Source: Christensenella sp. UBA3770 | GTDB taxonomy: Bacteria > Bacillota > Clostridia > Christensenellales > CAG-1252 | Assembly: GCA_002371075.1 (NCBI GenBank) | Contig: DFFS01000040.1 | Location: 1 to 16,379, forward strand | Direction: 5' to 3' | DNA length: 16,379 nt | Shown: positions 8,682 to 14,845 of the stretch, in pieces | How the letters are laid out: every line of letters starts with the position of its first letter | Position numbering within the stretch: the first letter of the stretch is position 1 | The notes under the pieces: model-generated | The model's database searches: none | What the model saw: only the letters and a program-made list of their open reading frames with translations | What the model was told of the DNA's origin: nothing | Program-made: the position numbers and the translations under genes

Positions 8682-10349
8682 ATGGCAGATGATTTCAATG
8701 ATTCGTTTGACGGCAGTTCGGTAGAGGAGTTTTCTTCGGATTCCTATACGGATTTCTCAAGTGAAGAGACCTACGAACAATCGTCGGACGCATTCATCAG
8801 CGATTATGACGACACGATTTCCGCCACGGACTATGAGACAACCGAGGATGACAGTGGGTTGGAGGAAAACGACTATGATGACTCTTATAACGATTACGTG
8901 TCGGAAGAGGAGCAAGAGGAAGAGTATATCGTAGAGAATGACGATTTTGAAGAGACCGTAACGGAGCCTTCGGCTGACCCCGAAGACGCTTTTATTTCCG
9001 ATCTCGATGAAGTGATCCAAGAGGAGGACGAAGGTTTATCCGATGAGGAACAAAGCGAACTCTACTTGGAGGAGGATGAGGAAGAACCGCAAGAGGTTGA
9101 ACTGCAAGAAGAAGAGAGCCAAGAAGAGTATTTGGCGGACGAGGACGACGAGCAGATCGCGGAGTCGGAAGAAACCGATCCCGATGCTTCCGAGTTTGTT
9201 GCCGACACGGATAATATCCAGCCGCAATACGGCACCCTCGCAGAGTATTTGAACGGGCACAACTACGGGCAGGAGGATTATGACGTTTATTCACAAGATC
9301 CCGAGTGGAGAAGATTGTATTCAATTGAGTACCCCGATGCGGAATTGCCCCCGCTTACGTCGGAAAGTATTGACAACATTCTTGCGCCGTACGAAGGGAA
9401 AACGTATGATTCCTTGGGTGAGTACTTAAGTGATCACAACTTCGGACAGGCAGATTATGAGATCTATTCCCAAGACCCCGAATGGCGCAGATTGTATTAT
9501 GAGCAATATCCCGATGCCACGCTTCCGCCCCTCAGTCAGGAAAGGATCGATGACATTCTCGCCCCGTACGAGGGAAAAACGTACGATACGGTGGAGGACT
9601 ACCTCAACGACCACAACTTCGGGCAAGGAGATTACGATATCTATTCAAGGGATCCCGAATGGCAACGCCTTACAGGAAACGATGCTCCGAGGATTTTAGA
9701 TGATTTCGAACAAGGGTATACGGCAGAGCATCCCGATTTTAAAGATTATTATCAATCGGGGCGCTTTTATGATCAAGGTGCTAATGAATATGGTTTTAAC
9801 GGAACGTGCGGACCAACTTCTCAAGCCAACGCAGTTAATTATTTGTTAGGAACCAATGAATACACGGAGAACAAGGTCTTAAAAATTGCCGTTGAAAACA
9901 ATTTATGTACCTTAACCGGGCCTTCCGGTGATCAAGGAGGAACAACAACGCAACAGTTTATGGACCTGTATGATCGGGTCAATGAGCAGACCGGTGGTCA
10001 GCTTAATGTTGAGTTGCACGATTTTGACAAGGCACTAAGCATTGAAGAAATGGCTTCGAAAATCGAAGAGGGAAGCGTGTTGAACGTAGCTGTTGACAGT
10101 AGCGCCTTGTGGGATAAAGAACGTGAATTCAGTCCATTCGGATACAATGAAAGTTTTTATACCGATCATTGGATAACGGTGACCGGAGTCGATAGGGATG
10201 AATCAGGTGAAATCCAAGGTTTTAAAATTATTGATTCCGGCGGTGGAGTCGACTATGTTGACGTAGATAAATATGATAGAATGTGTTTTGGCACCGATCA
10301 GCACAGAGTCAACGATCCAACGATGATCGTTGTTTCCAAAAAAGGTTAA
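8682..10349 (+). CDS. Tripartite protein: polyacidic low-complexity N-terminus, three 59-aa tandem repeats, and a C-terminal papain-like cysteine peptidase domain (C39-like)
   Basis: The RBS AAGGAGGAAAG lies before the ATG at 8682. Residues 1-180 are >40% D/E. The repeat unit is 'Y(G/D)xLxEYLxxHN(Y/F)GQxDY(D/E)(V/I)YSQDPEWRRLY...YPDAxLPPL(T/S)xExIDxILAPYEGKT', present three times. The C-terminal domain has 'NGTCGPTSQANAVNYLLG' (Cys376), then 'TDHWITVTGVD' (His496), then 'FKIIDSGGG'. This is the Cys...His...Asp order and spacing of papain-fold peptidases. Confidence 0.75.
   Translation: MADDFNDSFDGSSVEEFSSDSYTDFSSEETYEQSSDAFISDYDDTISATDYETTEDDSGLEENDYDDSYNDYVSEEEQEEEYIVENDDFEETVTEPSADPEDAFISDLDEVIQEEDEGLSDEEQSELYLEEDEEEPQEVELQEEESQEEYLADEDDEQIAESEETDPDASEFVADTDNIQPQYGTLAEYLNGHNYGQEDYDVYSQDPEWRRLYSIEYPDAELPPLTSESIDNILAPYEGKTYDSLGEYLSDHNFGQADYEIYSQDPEWRRLYYEQYPDATLPPLSQERIDDILAPYEGKTYDTVEDYLNDHNFGQGDYDIYSRDPEWQRLTGNDAPRILDDFEQGYTAEHPDFKDYYQSGRFYDQGANEYGFNGTCGPTSQANAVNYLLGTNEYTENKVLKIAVENNLCTLTGPSGDQGGTTTQQFMDLYDRVNEQTGGQLNVELHDFDKALSIEEMASKIEEGSVLNVAVDSSALWDKEREFSPFGYNESFYTDHWITVTGVDRDESGEIQGFKIIDSGGGVDYVDVDKYDRMCFGTDQHRVNDPTMIVVSKKG
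9228..9716 (+). repeat. In-frame tandem repeat with a 177-nt period, ~2.75 copies (9228-9404, 9405-9581, 9582-~9716), inside the peptidase gene
   Basis: The unit boundaries fall exactly 177 nt apart (9228, 9405, 9582). Protein identity between copies is ~65-70%, but the nucleotide sequences differ at many synonymous positions. This points to an old, selected repeat rather than a recent duplication. Confidence 0.8.
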
Positions 10350-10361
10350 GGAGGATTAAAA

Positions 10362-10835
10362 ATGAAAGCATTATCAGCTGTAATGAAGGATTTGGATTTT
10401 AGTTTGTTTGGAGGAGCAAAGGTCCCCCATGGGTTATCTCATCCGATTGTCAGATATGAAAACGGGGAGTTCTATTTTGCTGTTTTCGCTTTTGGATTGT
10501 CTGCCGAAAAGGTCAGAACCAATCAGCTTGGGAAACCTTCTAAATGGGCTTTGGCGGATTTGGAATCAGGGGAAATTAAGTTCACTTTTTCTTGTATGGA
10601 AAAGGATTTTTCACCTGCTTCGGAAGATATCCTTTATGATATGAGCACATTTGCGGGAGATCGTCCGACTCAAAAAGATGTGGAAAAGGTTTACGAACAA
10701 TTTGAGGCGATCAGAAGCACATACGTAAGCAATAAAGATGCTGTTTTGCCGCTAATAAAAGAATATATGGAAGCTTTATCCAAAGTCGTGCCTACAGCAT
10801 ATTTTAAATTTTATAAAGATCTTTCGAACATTTAA
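10362..10835 (+). CDS. Hypothetical 157-aa cytoplasmic protein encoded immediately downstream of the peptidase gene; immunity or inhibitor candidate
   Basis: The RBS GGAGGA lies 8 nt before the ATG. The protein has no TM segment and no recognisable motifs. It shares the low-GC composition (~40-45%) of the upstream gene. Confidence 0.7.
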   Translation: MKALSAVMKDLDFSLFGGAKVPHGLSHPIVRYENGEFYFAVFAFGLSAEKVRTNQLGKPSKWALADLESGEIKFTFSCMEKDFSPASEDILYDMSTFAGDRPTQKDVEKVYEQFEAIRSTYVSNKDAVLPLIKEYMEALSKVVPTAYFKFYKDLSNI

Positions 10836-10855
10836 CGAAAAGGGAGGATAGAAAA

Positions 10856-12079
10856 ATGCCAATTGTAGAAACCATTAAATATGAAGGACCGCAAGACGCC
10901 CTTGTCTGGAGAAATTCAGGCAAGGAATACACCATCGGAAAAGATGGCAGCATTAACATGGGATCGCAGCTGATCGTCGACGAGTTTTACGAGGCGATCC
11001 TGTTTGCCAACGGCAACGCGCTTGACTTGTTTAAGCCCGGGCGCCACACCTTGATCACGCAAAATATTCCGATGCTCAAGGAACAGTTTGAAAGGCTGAC
11101 CACCTCTACGCCGTTCCCCGTCAAAGTGTACTTTATCAACAAAGTGCATCAGTTGGAACTCAAGTGGGGAACGCAGGGACCCATCATGGTGGACGATCCC
11201 GTTTACAGCATTTTCCTGCACGTCGGTTGCTGCGGAACGATGGCAATCAGGATCTCCGATTCGAGAAAGTTCCTTTTGAAGTTTGTCGGAAACAAAGAAT
11301 CCTACACAAACAACGATCTCGTCGGTAATTTGAGAGGCATCATTTCCTCTAAGGTCAAGGAGTATATCTCCAAGATCATGATCGAGGGCAGGGTCAGCTT
11401 CTTTGTAATGAATGCAAAGATCGCCGACATAGCAGAGCTGGTGAAACAACAGTTGCAACCCATTTTCGATTCGTACGGCTTGGAGATCCAGTTTTTTAAC
11501 ATCGAGACCATCGACGTTCCCAAGGAAGATTATCAAATGTTGCAAGACGCCAAGAATAACAGGGCGTATTACGACATCAACGCCGAAAAGTGGGAGAAAG
11601 AAAAGATGTTTGAAGTTCTCAGAACCGCTGCCGGCAACGAGGGCATGGCAGGCAACATGATGGGTGCCGGCATGGGACTCGGCATGGGCATCGGCTTCGG
11701 CGCTCCGATGGGACAGGCGATGGGCAACATCACCAATTCCGTCTTCGGATCCGCGCAAATGGGCGGCGGCGCAGGCGCATCGCCTCGTCAAAATGAGGCG
11801 CCCAAAAACATATACAATCAAAACAGCGGTTTGGGTATGAACGTCAATGACTTTTTGAATAAAAACATGGCAAACGCCGCTCCCGCCGCCCCCGCAGGCG
11901 CAGCAGGGCAACCCGCCCCCGCGTTCTGCCCGCAGTGCGGCGCGCCGTTGATGCCCGGCGCAAGGTTCTGCTCAACCTGCGGCGCAAAAATCGAACAGAA
12001 AAACGTGTGTCCCGCTTGCGGCGCGGAAGTTCCGCCCAACGCAATGTTCTGCGGCATGTGCGGACAAAAGCTTAAGTAA
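10856..12079 (+). CDS. SPFH/band-7 (stomatin/prohibitin-like) domain protein with a Gly/Met-rich linker and a C-terminal double zinc ribbon (COG4260/YdjI-like)
   Basis: The RBS AAGGGAGGA is present. The N-terminal ~250 aa has an alternating beta/alpha SPFH-like pattern ('LVWRNSGKEYTIGKDGSI..GSQLIVDEFYEAILFANGNALDLFKPGRHTL'), consistent with the YdjI-type SPFH family. A low-complexity linker 'GNEGMAGNMMGAGMGLGMGIGFGAPMGQAMGN' follows. Two zinc-ribbon motifs follow, 'FCPQCGAPLMPGARFCSTCGA' and 'VCPACGAEVPPNAMFCGMCGQ'. Confidence 0.8.
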   Translation: MPIVETIKYEGPQDALVWRNSGKEYTIGKDGSINMGSQLIVDEFYEAILFANGNALDLFKPGRHTLITQNIPMLKEQFERLTTSTPFPVKVYFINKVHQLELKWGTQGPIMVDDPVYSIFLHVGCCGTMAIRISDSRKFLLKFVGNKESYTNNDLVGNLRGIISSKVKEYISKIMIEGRVSFFVMNAKIADIAELVKQQLQPIFDSYGLEIQFFNIETIDVPKEDYQMLQDAKNNRAYYDINAEKWEKEKMFEVLRTAAGNEGMAGNMMGAGMGLGMGIGFGAPMGQAMGNITNSVFGSAQMGGGAGASPRQNEAPKNIYNQNSGLGMNVNDFLNKNMANAAPAAPAGAAGQPAPAFCPQCGAPLMPGARFCSTCGAKIEQKNVCPACGAEVPPNAMFCGMCGQKLK

Positions 12080-12094
12080 AAGGAGGGTTTGACA

Positions 12095-12835
12095 ATGAAT
12101 GAAAATAAACAAATCGGTAAAAAAGCGTTCTCAGCCGGATTGATCATCTTTACCATCATTATCGCGGTTTTGAATTTGATCATCTTTACGATCTTTAAGC
12201 CCCTGAAACTGGAAACCAATCACTTAAAATTGATCTTCTGGTTCTCATACGGCTTTATGATGTTGGCGTACGTCTTGCAGGTGGTTTCCATCTTCACCGG
12301 CAGATATGAAAACGGGGTGGAATCCGTCTTCTTCAGCATTCCGATGTACAAGGTGGCCATTTTCTACTTTGCCGTTGCCGCTGTGCTCTCCTTGCTCTTT
12401 ATGATACTGGTCAGCTTTGGCGTCGCGGTGCCGTTTATGCTGATGTTCATTTTGGAGATCATCGTCTTGGCGGTGTTTGCCATCGCGTTCGTGCTTAGTT
12501 ACACGCACAAAAACGTCGTCCTTGACATTGACAAGAACATCAAAGCAAACGTCTTTAAGATCCGCACGCTCGTGACCGACGTGGAGGTGCTTGCCGAGGC
12601 GGTGAACGACAACGCCGCGCTCAAAGCAAAGCTCGCCCGTCTGGCGGAGGATATCCGTTATTCCGATCCGATGACCAACGATTCCGTCAAGGATCTTGAC
12701 CTTCAAATGAGGGATCTTGTCGCCGAGCTCGAGCTTGTCGTCAGCGAAAAGGACTACGCGCAAGCGGAGACCCTTATCAGACAAGCGACGTTGACGATGT
12801 CAAAGAGGAACAAGCGTTTGGCTGACGGAAAATAG
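12095..12835 (+). CDS. Integral membrane protein (~4 TM helices) with a C-terminal cytoplasmic coiled-coil region
   Basis: The RBS AAGGAGGG at 12080-12087 lies 7 nt before the ATG at 12095. The track's TTG at 12089 is less likely. The hydrophobic segments are 'GLIIFTIIIAVLNLIIFTIF', 'LIFWFSYGFMMLAYVLQVVSIF', 'VAIFYFAVAAVLSLLFMILVSFGV' and 'FMLMFILEIIVLAVFAIAFVL'. The tail 'EVLAEAVNDNAALKAKLARLAEDIRY...LQMRDLVAELELVV' is helical with heptad periodicity. Confidence 0.7.
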   Translation: MNENKQIGKKAFSAGLIIFTIIIAVLNLIIFTIFKPLKLETNHLKLIFWFSYGFMMLAYVLQVVSIFTGRYENGVESVFFSIPMYKVAIFYFAVAAVLSLLFMILVSFGVAVPFMLMFILEIIVLAVFAIAFVLSYTHKNVVLDIDKNIKANVFKIRTLVTDVEVLAEAVNDNAALKAKLARLAEDIRYSDPMTNDSVKDLDLQMRDLVAELELVVSEKDYAQAETLIRQATLTMSKRNKRLADGK

Positions 12836-12848
12836 GAGTTAGACAACT

Positions 12849-14822
12849 ATGGCAGAAAGATTTACCAGCCAAAGATGTCAGGACTGCCAGGGCGGTCTTG
12901 AATACAACAAGGCGGGGAAATATTGGGAGTGCCCGTATTGCGGCAAGATCTACGAGAGGGAACTACGTTTCAACAAGGTCCAAATCGACGGTCTTGCCGG
13001 CATCAACGACCTGGTGCGTTCCACCCTTTCAAAGGTGGTCAAGCTGGATTTTTCGGGTGCGGAAAGGGACTATTTGGAGTGTGAAAAGATCAACCACTTA
13101 AGCGTCGGCACCGCGATCGCGGGTATGGCGCTAAGCCTCTTCAAGGCGTTTACCACAAAGGACAGACAGGCGGAGATCGCCAAGCTAAATAGCTTGGCGC
13201 AAAAGTTTTCAAAGGACTTTCCCACGATAGAAGACGAGGAGGAGATCCTGTACGAATATATTGCGTCGCAAGACATCTACGCCATGCTCGTCGTGCTTTA
13301 CAGTACGATCAAACAGACAAAGCGCTTGGAGCAAATGTATTTGTTGCTTGATTGCAAAGAAGTGTACGAGCAAAGCATCTCCAAATTTCTCCTAAACGTG
13401 CTTTTGAAGGATGGGAAGGTGGAGGACGCGGACGTCATCATCGGCAATCTGTCCGAGGCAAACAGCCGCTTTGGCATCATGTCGGTGCTCAAGGACTATC
13501 CTGGCAACGACAAAAAGGTCCAACATATCCAAATCCTTTTGAAAAGGTACAAATCCGAGTTCAGCCTTGCTAAAACCTTCGAAGATTATTTTGACGCCAC
13601 CGAGGATCCTTCCGACGTGGTGATCGGCATCTTCCTCGCGGCAATCGAAAAAGGGGTCCAATTTAACGTGGACAGCACGTTGGAAATGGTGCTTGAGAAC
13701 TGCACGGACGAGGACGCCGCAAACAGAGTTTTCGGCGCGCTTTCGCACGTGCGCTTTTCCGATCAGGCGGCGGAGACGATCGTCAACTGGTGCCTTTTGG
13801 AAGCGGAGAGCGCGGAAATCTGCGCGATCGGCATAAAATCGTTGTTTGAAAGCAACACGATCTTTGAGCTCACCTACGATATGTGCGTTCTGCTGTTCGA
13901 TTCCGATCAAGACCCCGATCTGATCATCGGAAAGTTTAAGGTGCTTTTAAGCACGTTGCGCGCTCCGAGTAGGTGCTTGGACAGGTTGATCTCATACGTT
14001 CTCCTTGAAACGGACGGCGAAACGAGAGGAGAGCTGTTTGACGAACTGTTCTCTCGCGTAAACAGCGTGTCGCTCAGCGTTCTTAACGATTACGTTTTGA
14101 AAGTGTACGACGATGGGGAAGAGAAACGGGACATCTTGCAAAAGGTCCTGGAAAAGTCCAAGACCTCTTTCGACTACTCGCTTTTGTCAAATTATCTGAG
14201 GACGGATATCGATGAGTCGGAGACCCGCGAAGGGGTGATCGAAACTTTGCTTGAAGCAAAGTTGATCCCCGATTGCGAGTCGTATACATATTATCTTGTC
14301 AACGAAGACGAGTTACATTCCGACGAAATGTTGGATCTTTTGGATCAAAAGAACATTCGTCCCTCGTCTTCCGCCTTGGATCAGTATTTCCGAAACGTTG
14401 ACCCCGACGAGTTTAACCCCAAGATCGCTTACCTTGCCACAAAAGCCTCCTATCGCTTGAGCGCGGAGGCGTATGCGCGCTATATCCTTGAAATCAGCGA
14501 ACCGCAAAACCGCAAAGCGCACAGCGCGGTCGTGTATTTGGAACAAACGGACGTTTCGGCGCTGCGTAACGCGCAGTTTTCCGCAACGGTCGCAGGCAAA
14601 AAGGTCACCGGCAATCTTGCGGAGATATATATTTTCGTCACCGGCGACGAAGCTTTCGTCGTGCAGGAAGTTCTCGGCTGCTTGAAAAAGCAAAAAATCA
14701 GGATCGACGAGACCATCGAAGTGGAGGGGGAGAAAAAGAGCGTGAAGATGAAGAAATTCATCGAGGAAAATCCCACCGCCGTCCCCGCTTCCATCAAGAG
14801 CGCCGTCGTTCAATTTTTATAA
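12849..14822 (+). CDS. 657-aa protein with an N-terminal Cys4 zinc ribbon followed by a large acidic alpha-helical domain of unknown function
   Basis: The RBS TAGGAG overlaps the upstream stop. 'CQDCQGGLEYNKAGKYWECPYCGKIY' has the form CxxC-x15-CxxC. The rest is predicted to be helical and D/E-rich, with no enzymatic motifs. Confidence 0.75.
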   Translation: MAERFTSQRCQDCQGGLEYNKAGKYWECPYCGKIYERELRFNKVQIDGLAGINDLVRSTLSKVVKLDFSGAERDYLECEKINHLSVGTAIAGMALSLFKAFTTKDRQAEIAKLNSLAQKFSKDFPTIEDEEEILYEYIASQDIYAMLVVLYSTIKQTKRLEQMYLLLDCKEVYEQSISKFLLNVLLKDGKVEDADVIIGNLSEANSRFGIMSVLKDYPGNDKKVQHIQILLKRYKSEFSLAKTFEDYFDATEDPSDVVIGIFLAAIEKGVQFNVDSTLEMVLENCTDEDAANRVFGALSHVRFSDQAAETIVNWCLLEAESAEICAIGIKSLFESNTIFELTYDMCVLLFDSDQDPDLIIGKFKVLLSTLRAPSRCLDRLISYVLLETDGETRGELFDELFSRVNSVSLSVLNDYVLKVYDDGEEKRDILQKVLEKSKTSFDYSLLSNYLRTDIDESETREGVIETLLEAKLIPDCESYTYYLVNEDELHSDEMLDLLDQKNIRPSSSALDQYFRNVDPDEFNPKIAYLATKASYRLSAEAYARYILEISEPQNRKAHSAVVYLEQTDVSALRNAQFSATVAGKKVTGNLAEIYIFVTGDEAFVVQEVLGCLKKQKIRIDETIEVEGEKKSVKMKKFIEENPTAVPASIKSAVVQFL

Positions 14823-14845
14823 AAATCTAAACAAAGGAGGGAGGT

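Noticed and set aside
6859-8682. Minus-strand ORFs of 273 aa (6859-7680) and 317 aa (7729-8682) antisense to the HerA-like gene
   Set aside because: Their composition is low-complexity and Arg/Gly/His-rich, typical of antisense frames. The + strand carries the Walker A/B and arginine-finger motifs in the correct order.
9228-9716. Possible CRISPR-like or minisatellite array
   Set aside because: The period is 177 nt and in-frame within a CDS. The copies are diverged and have no spacer/repeat alternation. It is a protein-domain tandem repeat, not CRISPR.
10916-11911. 331-aa minus-strand ORF antisense to the SPFH gene
   Set aside because: It is antisense to a well-supported + strand gene that has an RBS and zinc ribbons. 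It has no start context of its own.
12089-12094. TTG start at 12089 for the membrane protein
   Set aside because: The ATG at 12095 has a better spacing of 7 nt from AAGGAGGG.
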